Shown: positions 1-8,962 of the stretch, piece by piece
Layout of the letters: each line of letters opens with the position of its first letter
Numbering within the stretch: position 1 is the first letter of the stretch
NCBI GenBank assembly: GCA_016839265.1
Contig: JAEOUO010000002.1
Coordinates: 30,001-62,000, forward strand
Length of the DNA: 32,000 nucleotides
DNA from: Candidatus Odinarchaeota archaeon
GTDB taxonomy: Archaea > Asgardarchaeota > Odinarchaeia > Odinarchaeales > Odinarchaeaceae
Reading direction: 5' to 3'
The notes under the pieces: model-generated
Seen by the model: only the letters and a program-made list of their open reading frames with translations
Told to the model about the DNA's origin: nothing
Database searches by the model: none
Translations under genes and position numbers: made by a program

Positions 1-1
1 T

Positions 2-847
2 CAACCTCACTGTTGTGTTAACGGGCTTGGTGAAAGAGCCGGTAATGCAGCTCTTGAAGAAGTAGCTGTAGTTTTAAAATATATGTACGGTGTTAAACTC
101 AACTTAGATTACTCTAAGATTTATGAAACCTCTCAGAAAATAATGAGGTTAACAGGGGTTCCTTTAGCTCCTAATAAGGCTGTTGTAGGCATTAATGCAT
201 TCTCGCATGAAAGCGGTATTCACGCTCACGGTGTTATCGAATCACCGATGACTTATGAACCGATTTCCCCTGAAGAGATAGGCGCTAGAAGTAGAATTGT
301 AGCAGGGAAACAGAGTGGCGCTCATGGGGTAGGTAAAATTCTCGAGAATTTAGGCTTCAAATATACTCCTGAACAATTGAAGATAATCGTGGATAAAATA
401 AAATCACTGGGTGATAAGGGGTTAAACGTTACAGAAGCTGATATTAGCTCAATAGCCAGAGCAGTGATTCAAAGCTTACCGACTCATATGAAAAAGATTA
501 AGTTAGAAGATATATTGGTTGTTACAGGTAATAAAATAAATCCAACGGCAACTGTAAAACTTCACATAGGAGGTAAAACGGTTATAGTTGCTGCTAACGG
601 GGTAGGCCCGATAGATGCGGCTATAAACGCTATAAGAAATGCAAGCGAGGAAGTAGCTCCTTTCACTCTTAAAGAATTCAGACTGGAAGCTATCACAGGG
701 GGAACTCAGGCTGTAGCGGAAACAATTGTAACAATAGTTGATGAAAAAAAGAGAAGCTTTACTTCGAGAGGTTCTAGTGAGGATATTGTTATAGCAGGGG
801 TTGAAGCGATAATAGAAGCGATTAACAAGCTGATGGCTGAATCTTAA
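2..847 (+). CDS. 2-isopropylmalate synthase / citramalate synthase (LeuA/CimA family), 5'-truncated by the window edge
   Basis: The frame is open from position 2 (QPHCCVNGLGERAGNAALEEV, the family motif) into the ORF called at 83. It also has HESGIHAHG, TYEP and a C-terminal regulatory domain with GVGPIDA. LeuA and CimA cannot be told apart from this fragment. Confidence 0.9.
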   Translation, partial: QPHCCVNGLGERAGNAALEEVAVVLKYMYGVKLNLDYSKIYETSQKIMRLTGVPLAPNKAVVGINAFSHESGIHAHGVIESPMTYEPISPEEIGARSRIVAGKQSGAHGVGKILENLGFKYTPEQLKIIVDKIKSLGDKGLNVTEADISSIARAVIQSLPTHMKKIKLEDILVVTGNKINPTATVKLHIGGKTVIVAANGVGPIDAAINAIRNASEEVAPFTLKEFRLEAITGGTQAVAETIVTIVDEKKRSFTSRGSSEDIVIAGVEAIIEAINKLMAES

Positions 848-972
848 AATTTAAAATAAACCTCTCTTCATATTATGTTTACGATATTATTATATTCTTC
901 TTTTATAGTACATATTACTTTAATAAACGTTAAATTTATTTGTTAATCTGTTTAAGTTTCGGGGGTGTTATT

Positions 973-1659
973 ATGGGTAGTAAGCTATTAGGATGGATTG
1001 TATCCATGGCGATGATTTTCGGACTAACACTTTTGTTTCTACCGGAAGGTTATGCTATGCTTATAACATGGTTTAATCCTGTTTTCGGTTTGAATCTAAC
1101 AGTTATTTTAACTGAACTTTACGCTCTATTCGGTCCTTACAATGATCTTACTCATATATCTATTCTAATAGGTGCAGCTTTAGTTGGTGGTTTGATCGCA
1201 GGGACAGGGAAAGGAGGTATAGCTGTAGCTATTTCAACTCTTTCATTCGGTTTTCTCTTAATGATCGGATTCGGTGTTTTAAGCGTTTTCACAGTTATGG
1301 GTAACCCTACTGTTCAAGCGCAATTAATGTCTCTTGTAACAAGTCCGCCTCTAGGTGTCGACATATTCGCTATTTTAAGTGCTCCTGTAATAGGAGGATT
1401 TGTTGACTCACTGATCACATTTATATTATCAGGGTTTAGCGGCGGTTTAGATATTTCAACTTTAATATCTGGTGTGGGTCAACCTATTCTCACAGCTCTT
1501 ATAGTAAACGTTATTATCGCGTTGATTATGGGTGCTATCGGCGGTAAAATCGGAGGTTACATTCTACCTAAAAAAGAGAAGTTAACTAAAACTGTTGAGA
1601 AAACCTCTCCTAGCCCTCTTGAACCTATGTTTAAACCTGACGAAGGGGTTTCAGTTTAA
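973..1659 (+). CDS. Hypothetical polytopic membrane protein (Gly-rich helices)
   Basis: About 5-6 hydrophobic segments with GxxxG motifs. RBS GGGGGTG precedes ATG 973; the ORF track starts at TTG 940. Confidence 0.75.
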   Translation: MGSKLLGWIVSMAMIFGLTLLFLPEGYAMLITWFNPVFGLNLTVILTELYALFGPYNDLTHISILIGAALVGGLIAGTGKGGIAVAISTLSFGFLLMIGFGVLSVFTVMGNPTVQAQLMSLVTSPPLGVDIFAILSAPVIGGFVDSLITFILSGFSGGLDISTLISGVGQPILTALIVNVIIALIMGAIGGKIGGYILPKKEKLTKTVEKTSPSPLEPMFKPDEGVSV

Positions 1660-1702
1660 CCCCTACCCTATATTTTTAACATCTTTTAATTATATTTTTT
1701 TT
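1644..1702 (+). terminator. Hairpin plus T-rich tract at the end of the membrane protein gene
   Basis: AGGGGTT(1644-1650)-7 nt-AACCCCT(1658-1664) inverted repeat over the stop codon, followed by T-runs, lying between convergent genes. Confidence 0.4.
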
Positions 1703-1830
1703 AAATTTGAAATTTTTTCTATGTTGTGAAGATTTTGAAGATATTACCGGAGAGTGAGGATTTTTAACAATTAGTAAAGCTACTTGTGATAGCGGATGTT
1801 CATTCACCTTTGTTAACTAACAGCTTAAAT

Positions 1831-3255
1831 TTACTCAACCTGACCTAGTTTATTTTGATTAATCTGCTGGTACACTTTATCATATTCTTCAATTATTTTT
1901 TGCAGAGAGAACTGTTCTAAAACTTTTCTTCTAGCATTTTCAGATAATTTATTCGCTAAATCTTTGTTTTGAAGTATTTCAAGTATTCGCTGAGCTAACT
2001 GTTCAGCGTCTCCTGAAGGCACGACGAAACCGCATCCTTCGATTGGTTCAGCCGCTCCACCGACATCTGTAACTATTACCGGTGTACCGCATGCCATAGC
2101 TTCAATTGTTGACATGGGGAAACCTTCAGAAATACTTGATAAGACGAATATATCGAATAAATTATACCAGTATAATATGTCTTCGCCCCGTGAGCCTGTG
2201 AAAATAAAGTTTTCACTTAACCCAAGTTTTTTAATAAGATTTAAGCATTCTTTATAATATTTCTGATCATCTACAGGCCCAACTACAAAGAACTTCACAT
2301 TTCCCTCCTTTTTTAAAACAATATCCGCGGCTTTAATAAACATTTTAATATCTTTAATCGGGTGTATTCGGCTTATACTACCAACCACTTTGTAAGGGGG
2401 TTTAGGTACTTCTACAGGTTTTAATCTTTCAGGGTCCACTCCATTATATATAACTTTGAATTTGTCTTTAGGTATTCTCAGCTTCTCTGTAACCCAGTTA
2501 ACATTATAATAGCAAACTGATGTTACAAGTGTACAGTTTAAGTATATGAGTCTAGTTAAACCGGTTAAAACATCAAGCCACATTTCTTCAGCTAGACCCT
2601 TAACTTTAGCTTTAGTTAACTCCATTAAACGTTCTCTGAGAGATATGCCATGATCTGTGATAATAGTTGGTTTATTGTATTTTACTCCTCCTATAATTGC
2701 AAGGAAACCAGCGAAGCCGCTGTTAGTCGCATGGTATACGTCTGCTTCAGGTATACGGCTGGCTATTAAATTTAATATCGGGATATGAGTGTCCTTCCAA
2801 GCTAATATCCATTCGATCATGGAAGGTGATTGTTTCCGTTTATCGTATTGTTCTTTTAAATACTCCCAACCAGGTTTACTAGCCCAGAATCTAGGTTTAT
2901 CGTTTTCAAGTTGTGTGTGAAGTTTTACTAAATACTCTGAAGCATTATTAAAATCTTCTTCATTCAGATACTGGTGGAGCCATTTTACTGTTCTAATATA
3001 ACGTTCATGGTATTCACTTGTTTTAAGCCTTGGTTGAGTGAACTTCTCTTCGTCTGTTATAGGTATTTTGTAAATGTTTTTAATATTCGAGGGAATCTGA
3101 TATTTTTCTTTTAATTCACCTGGTGGTACAATAGCGAGTATGTCGAATGTGATATGACTCAGTTGAGTTATTAATCTGTGAACCCAAGAGCTTACACCTC
3201 CAACGACATACGGGTATGTTCCTTCTGTAACCATGCAAACTCTGAGGTTTTTCAA
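1831..3255 (-). CDS. pelF: GT4 glycosyltransferase, PelF family (DUF3492 + GT-B)
   Basis: N-terminal VCMVTEGTYPYVVGGVSSWVH is the PelF/DUF3492 signature. Also ADVYHATNSGFAG, LITDHGISLRER, SRIHPIKD and the GT4 E-x7-E motif SEGFPMSTIEAMACG. TTG start with an AAGGTGGAG RBS. Confidence 0.88.
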   Translation of the reverse strand: MKNLRVCMVTEGTYPYVVGGVSSWVHRLITQLSHITFDILAIVPPGELKEKYQIPSNIKNIYKIPITDEEKFTQPRLKTSEYHERYIRTVKWLHQYLNEEDFNNASEYLVKLHTQLENDKPRFWASKPGWEYLKEQYDKRKQSPSMIEWILAWKDTHIPILNLIASRIPEADVYHATNSGFAGFLAIIGGVKYNKPTIITDHGISLRERLMELTKAKVKGLAEEMWLDVLTGLTRLIYLNCTLVTSVCYYNVNWVTEKLRIPKDKFKVIYNGVDPERLKPVEVPKPPYKVVGSISRIHPIKDIKMFIKAADIVLKKEGNVKFFVVGPVDDQKYYKECLNLIKKLGLSENFIFTGSRGEDILYWYNLFDIFVLSSISEGFPMSTIEAMACGTPVIVTDVGGAAEPIEGCGFVVPSGDAEQLAQRILEILQNKDLANKLSENARRKVLEQFSLQKIIEEYDKVYQQINQNKLGQVE

Positions 3256-3371
3256 CTTACTCCACCTTTAAACTATATCTATCGCAAAACTTTATTATAT
3301 TTATTGTTCTATTCTTAATATAAACTATGTTAATAATATTGTTATACTACAAAAATTTAGGGTGAATTTAA
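3256..3371. promoter_or_regulatory. Divergent promoter region between pelF and pelG
   Basis: 116-bp very AT-rich spacer between head-to-head genes, with TATA-like tracts on both strands and an RBS at each end. Exact boxes are not resolved. Confidence 0.5.
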
Positions 3372-4970
3372 ATGGAAACTGACATGGATAGACTACCGGT
3401 TACGGAGAAAAAAGATACCAAACTCCAGCTTATCGGGCGATTTCTATCTTATAGTATTCTCGCCAACGGCCCGTGGCTTCTAGTAATAGTCTGCTCAAGT
3501 CTCGCCGGATATTATATAGCCGCAGCTCTTCTCCCTTCTGAGAGAGCTACCCTAGGTCTTATAATAAGTTTAGCTACTCCTCTAAGTTTAATTTCAACAG
3601 CCGGTCTCCAAGCTTTAGAAACTAAAATAGTTTTAGATAAAATCGCTATCGGCGATAATAAAACAGCCGGAAGATTCACTCTAAAAATATACGCGCTTAC
3701 AGGTGTACTCTGTTTAATAGCGGCTGTTATAGCGTTAGGCGTTGAAAATATGCTTACAGGCAGCTTAACTAATAGTTTACTCTTCGCAGCTCAGTTTTCA
3801 GCTCTATCATTTTTATGGGTTGCAGTAGCTCCTATAATCGGGTTAAGAAAATTCGGTCAATTAACTGTGATATTCGCCACTGGAAGTGTTGTAGGATACG
3901 CTTTATCAGTGTTCGGTGCTTTAATGTTCGGTGTCGCAGGGGTTATCGGCTTTCAAAGTCTAGGATTCTTCTCAGCTTCAATTGGCACCTTCATATATCT
4001 TAATATTATATTAAAAAGCGGTAAAAATGTGGCAGCAGAGCTAGCTGCTAGAAGAGTCGCCCTCTTCAAAATATTAGAAGATATAAGAACCCGCTTCGAG
4101 AAAGGGGAATTATTCATAGATGAATATCAGAGGCTTGTTAAAGAATTCGGTCAACTTTTAATGAAAATAGAACATGATATTAGCGAAGTTAAAAATCTTG
4201 GAAAACAAGGTGAGGTAACCGTAATAGGCAGTTTCAAAAACTTCATCACCTTATTTTTAGCGAACATGTTATATTTCGCCGCTCTCTGGGCCGACCGCTT
4301 CTTCGTCTGGTTTGTATCCGGGCAGGCTACCGCCGGCTTATTTTTAGCGTTTAATACCTTCTATGAAACCGGTATAAACATAGCTCAGTGGATTCTAATC
4401 CCAGGTGTTGGATTAGTCGCTGTTCTAATGGAGTTGTTCACACCTAACTTTCAAAAAGCCGTGTCAGGAACCTATAAAGATCCGCTGCCAACTTTAGAAA
4501 AAAGCTTAAAAGATTTTTATAAATTCTTTAGAAAACTAGTATTAACGTCGATTTTAGTTATATTCGCATTCACAATTCTGTTAAACATCTTCGGTGAAAA
4601 CATTCTCTCTATTTTCCTTGATTTAACCGATCCTTTAACTCCTACTATTACAATACTCGGATTCACCATGCCCGCGGCTTTATTCGTGTTTAGAATGGCC
4701 ACGATAGGCGTAATCTTTCATACAGCTACAATTCTCTGTTATTTAGGTTTAATGTATCTTGAACAACACTCATTAAACGTGTGGCTTATGCTCTTAATAT
4801 TTATGGCGAATATCGTCTTATGCCCGCTTCTAACTATTATAAGCGGATCAGTTTACCTAGCCGTATTAGGTTACGTTGCAGCGTTCATAATCGGTACCGT
4901 GATAGGGTTACAGCTTGTGAAAAAGAATGTCATGGAATTCCCGTATAAAGCTTATTCAACTCTTCTTTAG
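3372..4970 (+). CDS. pelG: PelG-family polysaccharide exporter (MOP/MATE-like fold) with an internal soluble insertion
   Basis: About 12-13 TM segments. PelG-like motifs recognised from memory: SYSILANGPWLL (cf. AGIISSGPWVL), LYFAALWADRFFVWF (cf. FYNLGIWIDKFMFW), FRMATIGVIFH, and C-terminal LGYVAAF...EFPYKAY. Adjacent to pelF. Confidence 0.8.
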   Translation: METDMDRLPVTEKKDTKLQLIGRFLSYSILANGPWLLVIVCSSLAGYYIAAALLPSERATLGLIISLATPLSLISTAGLQALETKIVLDKIAIGDNKTAGRFTLKIYALTGVLCLIAAVIALGVENMLTGSLTNSLLFAAQFSALSFLWVAVAPIIGLRKFGQLTVIFATGSVVGYALSVFGALMFGVAGVIGFQSLGFFSASIGTFIYLNIILKSGKNVAAELAARRVALFKILEDIRTRFEKGELFIDEYQRLVKEFGQLLMKIEHDISEVKNLGKQGEVTVIGSFKNFITLFLANMLYFAALWADRFFVWFVSGQATAGLFLAFNTFYETGINIAQWILIPGVGLVAVLMELFTPNFQKAVSGTYKDPLPTLEKSLKDFYKFFRKLVLTSILVIFAFTILLNIFGENILSIFLDLTDPLTPTITILGFTMPAALFVFRMATIGVIFHTATILCYLGLMYLEQHSLNVWLMLLIFMANIVLCPLLTIISGSVYLAVLGYVAAFIIGTVIGLQLVKKNVMEFPYKAYSTLL

Positions 4971-4980
4971 GTGAATAAAT

Positions 4981-5466
4981 ATGGAGGAAATAGGTGAAAA
5001 CCTTAAACGACTTAAAAAAGAGGTTTTAAACCTGTTAATAGGACAATCAGAGGACAGATACCTTTCTAAAACCGAGGTTATAAAAGAGCTTGAGAAACCA
5101 TTGATAAATATCCAAGAGAAGATCCCTGAAAACCTTTTCAAACCGGTTAACACCCAACTAACCGGTAAACTAACTTTATCTGAAAATGATTTAAAAGAGT
5201 TCCTAGCAGTTTTAAGCTGGTTTAAAACAGACACTGAGAAAATAGGTTTCTCCACCCCGGAGCCTGAGGTATACTATGTTCACTATGATCCATCTGATCC
5301 TGTTGCTAAAAACATTATCGACACTTTTTTCGATTTATTCACAGCTAAATTTGCTAGGATGAGCGTGCGACAGAAAATTGAGTTAAGTGAAAAGAGTAAA
5401 TGGAAGTGGAGTGACGTATTAAAGATGTTAGAGGAAGGGCTTAAAACTGAGGGGAAACCAACTTAA
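4981..5466 (+). CDS. Hypothetical soluble protein (161 aa)
   Basis: RBS AGGTGA, 10 nt after the pelG stop; composition typical of the genome; no recognisable family. Confidence 0.75.
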   Translation: MEEIGENLKRLKKEVLNLLIGQSEDRYLSKTEVIKELEKPLINIQEKIPENLFKPVNTQLTGKLTLSENDLKEFLAVLSWFKTDTEKIGFSTPEPEVYYVHYDPSDPVAKNIIDTFFDLFTAKFARMSVRQKIELSEKSKWKWSDVLKMLEEGLKTEGKPT

Positions 5467-5480
5467 AGATGTGATACGAG

Positions 5481-6758
5481 ATGAATCAGGATAACTCAAA
5501 GCCGGTTTTCGACGAACTTGAAGAAGATATATTAAACGTTCTTGACGAGCGGCTTATCAAATTCGGTGAGAAATTGAAACAATTAAAGAATCCTCTTATA
5601 AATCAATTCGATAATGTTAGACTGAAATTTGTTGTTCCCTTAATCTCCTCCTCTTATGATAAATTAATAGATGAAAACTTTGAAGATCTCAAAAACGAGT
5701 TTAAAACTGAAATTAAAGAGTCTTTAAACTATTTAATGCAGAATATACGAGATAAATTTTCAAGTAAAATGCAGGAAATCAGTGAAACATTTGATAGAAT
5801 CATTGAAGAACAGAAAGAGAATGTTAAGCGCTTAGATTATGAAAAGAAAAATCTGGAGGGAAAACTTGCCTCTCTCAGTACTGAACTAGAAAATAGAGAT
5901 AAATTAATTAAAGATTACACCGCGCAGATTAGTGAATTAAAGAAAACTGTTTTTGAAAAAGATTCTCTCTCTAAAGACTATCTTGATTTAAGAAGAAAAT
6001 TCGAAGACTTAAATAGAGACTACTCCTCCCTTCAAGAAGAGAAGCTTAATCTTGAGACCCAGGTTAAAACTCTAAGCCGCCAGAATGAATCTTACAAAAC
6101 TGAATTAACTGAGTTGAATCTTAAACTTAAAAATATAGAAGATAAATTGAAGTCAACTCAAACACAGTTAGCGGAAACCCGGTCGGAGAATATTTTTCTG
6201 GCAACTAAACTTAATGAGCTTAAATCCTCTTTAACAGAAAAACCAAGAGGAGAAGGGGTAATGGATACTGCTAAAATTAAAGCAGAGATTAAAATATTAC
6301 AGGATACGTTAACCCAGAAAAATAGTCAAATCTCCGAGCTTGAGAATAAAATTTTAAAACTCAGCGAGGAGAACTCTAATCTGAAAAATGTTCGTGAACA
6401 GGATAAAGCAAGAATTGAGCAATTAGAATCTGAGTTACAACATTGCAAAGCAGATTTAAACCGGCTATCTGAATATGATAGAAAATTGAATCAGCTTCAA
6501 ATGGAGTACACTGAATTGAAAAAAATAAACTCTAAACAGAAAGAGGAATTGGATAGATTTGATAAACTTAAAAAAATTCTCAGCGCTGAGCCTAAATTTA
6601 AAATTCTCCAGATATTAGAATCAGTTAACGAGGTTTCAATAGATGCGTTGAATACAGCTATAGGCTACACGCCTATAATGACTAAAAAGATTATAAACGA
6701 ATTAGTGGAAGCGGGTATAGTTGAAGTGAACGGGGGTAATGTGAAGCTTAAACGTTAA
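5481..6758 (+). CDS. Long coiled-coil protein with a C-terminal winged-helix-like domain
   Basis: About 250 aa of E/K/L-rich heptad sequence (approx. residues 110-365). C-terminal KFKILQILESVNEVSIDALNTAIGYTPIMTKKIINELVEAGIVEV follows a wHTH pattern. Confidence 0.8.
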   Translation: MNQDNSKPVFDELEEDILNVLDERLIKFGEKLKQLKNPLINQFDNVRLKFVVPLISSSYDKLIDENFEDLKNEFKTEIKESLNYLMQNIRDKFSSKMQEISETFDRIIEEQKENVKRLDYEKKNLEGKLASLSTELENRDKLIKDYTAQISELKKTVFEKDSLSKDYLDLRRKFEDLNRDYSSLQEEKLNLETQVKTLSRQNESYKTELTELNLKLKNIEDKLKSTQTQLAETRSENIFLATKLNELKSSLTEKPRGEGVMDTAKIKAEIKILQDTLTQKNSQISELENKILKLSEENSNLKNVREQDKARIEQLESELQHCKADLNRLSEYDRKLNQLQMEYTELKKINSKQKEELDRFDKLKKILSAEPKFKILQILESVNEVSIDALNTAIGYTPIMTKKIINELVEAGIVEVNGGNVKLKR

Positions 6759-6824
6759 AAAATAATCTTAATATATTATATATTTTAAATCACTTTTTAC
6801 TTAATTAAATGCGGGGTAGTTGTT

Positions 6825-8426
6825 TTGACACATCAAGCTAAAATCGTATTAACATCGGATAGAAGCCTCCTTACAACTTACGGTAATAACCTCTATATGG
6901 GTTTAGCTGCTTCTCTTCCAACTAATGTATGCCCTGACTCACTTTATTACTCTTTGCTATGCCCGCCTGTGCCTTCAAATCCTGATGGAACAGTTAGCAT
7001 GGCTACACCTGCTTTAACGACAGCTGAATCTATAATAGTTAATAGAGCTGGTATCCCCCGGGAGAAGGTGAAAATAGCTCATCCAGATTTTTTAACGAAG
7101 GTAGTCACAGCGGAGACTAAGATTTTAGCTATATCCGTTATGGATCCCTTAGGTTTAGGCCCGTCAACGACAACGTGGAGTACTCTTTTCTCCGGTATAC
7201 CGCATACTAGAGTTGAATTTCTTAGATTAATGTTCGGTCCTGTTCGTGAATTAAAAGAAAAATATGGTTTAAAAATCGTGGTCGGAGGGCCTGGAGCTTG
7301 GCAGATAAATCGTATAAGTGTAGCTGATAAACTTGGAATAGACTATCTTCTAATTAATGAGGCAGAGTATACGATTCCAAAAGTTTTCAGCGCTATCTTA
7401 GACGGGGCGGAATATGAGGAGCGGGTGGTATACGGGTCTGTGGCTAAACCGGAGGATGTTCCCCCCGTTCTCACTCCATCCGTATTCGGATTAGTTGAGG
7501 TTGCTAGAGGATGCGGTCGCGGCTGCAAGTTTTGTGTTCCAGCCACGAGCGGTAAAATGAGAATGATGCCGCTGGAGAAAATTCTAAACGATATTAAAGT
7601 TCATGTTAGTGCAGGCTTTAAAGCAATTACATTTCATGCAGATGACACTTTACGCTACGGGTCTAAAAATTTTCTAATAGATGAGGACGCTCTATTCACT
7701 TTATATAAGGAGGGGTTTAAAACAGGTGTGAAAGAAATCTTCATTACACATTCATGTCTTTCCCCGTTTGTATGTCAACCTGATGTAATAGCGAAACTTA
7801 CCCGGCTTTTAAGAAAACACGGGCATAAATATTACGGTTGTCAACCTGGAATAGAAACCGGTAGTCCACGTCTTATGAAGTTGCATATGGCGGGTAAACC
7901 TGCTCCATGTAAACCTGAAGAGTGGCCGGAAGTTGTTCAAGAAGCTCATAAAGTTATGTGGGAGAATAAATGGGTTTCAGTTGGAACGCTTATGATGGGT
8001 TTACCTGGTGAAGAAAAAGAGGATGTTATTCAAACAATTGATTTAATAAAAAGTTTAAGCGAATACCCGTCTCTATTTGTTCCATTGTTTTTCGTCCCCA
8101 TGGAGTTTACGACTCTTAAAGGTATGAAAGCTTTTATTTCAGGATACATGTCTAAAGAACACTGGCAGCTTTTATTAGCATGTTGGAAACATAATGCAAG
8201 ATACATTGAGCCTTTATATCAGTTAACAACTGAACAACACAATTTTATTTCAGGGATCGGTATAACTGTTCTCACACGTTTAATGACGTTCTTCCTTGAT
8301 CAAAAAGAGAAAGAATTAGAAGGTAAAAGCCGTCTGATGAGGGTGGCTTCACATATATTCGCCAATAAGCTTAGTAGAACCACTCGATCAGAGGAGAATA
8401 TAATCCAGAAAGCATATAAAGTATAA
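6825..8426 (+). CDS. B12-binding-domain radical SAM enzyme, Grs/Gms-like (archaeal tetraether lipid modification family)
   Basis: CxxxCxxC motif (CGRGCKFC, 7512-7535), cobalamin-domain motif KIVVGGPGAWQ and GIETGS. Family-type motifs IVLTSDRS..T.Y, DPLGLGP and GKP.P..PEEW resemble Sulfolobus GrsA/B as remembered. Radical SAM is secure; the specific function is inferred. Confidence 0.8.
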   Translation: MTHQAKIVLTSDRSLLTTYGNNLYMGLAASLPTNVCPDSLYYSLLCPPVPSNPDGTVSMATPALTTAESIIVNRAGIPREKVKIAHPDFLTKVVTAETKILAISVMDPLGLGPSTTTWSTLFSGIPHTRVEFLRLMFGPVRELKEKYGLKIVVGGPGAWQINRISVADKLGIDYLLINEAEYTIPKVFSAILDGAEYEERVVYGSVAKPEDVPPVLTPSVFGLVEVARGCGRGCKFCVPATSGKMRMMPLEKILNDIKVHVSAGFKAITFHADDTLRYGSKNFLIDEDALFTLYKEGFKTGVKEIFITHSCLSPFVCQPDVIAKLTRLLRKHGHKYYGCQPGIETGSPRLMKLHMAGKPAPCKPEEWPEVVQEAHKVMWENKWVSVGTLMMGLPGEEKEDVIQTIDLIKSLSEYPSLFVPLFFVPMEFTTLKGMKAFISGYMSKEHWQLLLACWKHNARYIEPLYQLTTEQHNFISGIGITVLTRLMTFFLDQKEKELEGKSRLMRVASHIFANKLSRTTRSEENIIQKAYKV

Positions 8427-8452
8427 TATTAACTGCTAAAAAAGGTGGTTTA

Positions 8453-8935
8453 ATGACTAGAAAACTAGTTGTCTTTTATTCAAGAACTGGTAAAACAAAA
8501 ACTATCTCTGAAAGAATATCCGAATTATTAAACTGTGATTTAGAGGAGATAGTTGACCTTAAAAAACGGACAGGTATTATAGGTTTTTTAAAAGCAGGTA
8601 AAGATGCATTTCTGAAAAAGAAAACTAGTATAAGAGAACCTGTCAAAACCCCTAGTGAATACGATCTGCTATTAATAGGCTCCCCAGTGTGGGCGGGAAG
8701 TCTCCCTCCAGCTATAAGAACATATATTACTTATTTTAAAAATCAGCTTCCAAAACTAGCGTTAATAGGAACATGTAGCGGTAAAGGAAACGTTTCTAAA
8801 ATAGCTGTTGAAATAGAAAAAATCTCCGATAAAAAGCTTTCCGCTGTAATCGAAGTTACCTCCAAAGAGGTTTCTAAAAACAAATATGAGAATAAAATTC
8901 AAGATTTTATAAATGAATTAAAAAATATCCAATAA
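8453..8935 (+). CDS. Flavodoxin family protein
   Basis: LVVFYSRTGKTKTISERI FMN phosphate loop, YDLLLIGSPVWAG, and a size of 160 aa. Confidence 0.9.
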   Translation: MTRKLVVFYSRTGKTKTISERISELLNCDLEEIVDLKKRTGIIGFLKAGKDAFLKKKTSIREPVKTPSEYDLLLIGSPVWAGSLPPAIRTYITYFKNQLPKLALIGTCSGKGNVSKIAVEIEKISDKKLSAVIEVTSKEVSKNKYENKIQDFINELKNIQ

Positions 8936-8962
8936 AAAATTTAGAAATATTAAAATTACATG

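Noticed and set aside
1780-1807. RBS-like AAAGGTGA plus ATG on the minus strand just after the pelF stop, suggesting a downstream small gene
   Set aside because: The ATG frame stops after 7 codons (MNIRYHK*). The GTG frame gives about 43 aa of low-complexity, A-rich sequence with no recognisable features.
3815-5255. Small alternative-frame and antisense ORFs (3815-4003, 4517-4702, 4956-5255)
   Set aside because: They lie within or opposite well-supported genes, have atypical composition and lack an RBS; shadow ORFs.
5481-6758. Possible SMC, CdvA or CdvB/ESCRT-III identity of the coiled-coil protein
   Set aside because: No Walker motifs or hinge (SMC), no PRC barrel (CdvA), and the helical region is much longer than an ESCRT-III core; only the generic architecture is reported.
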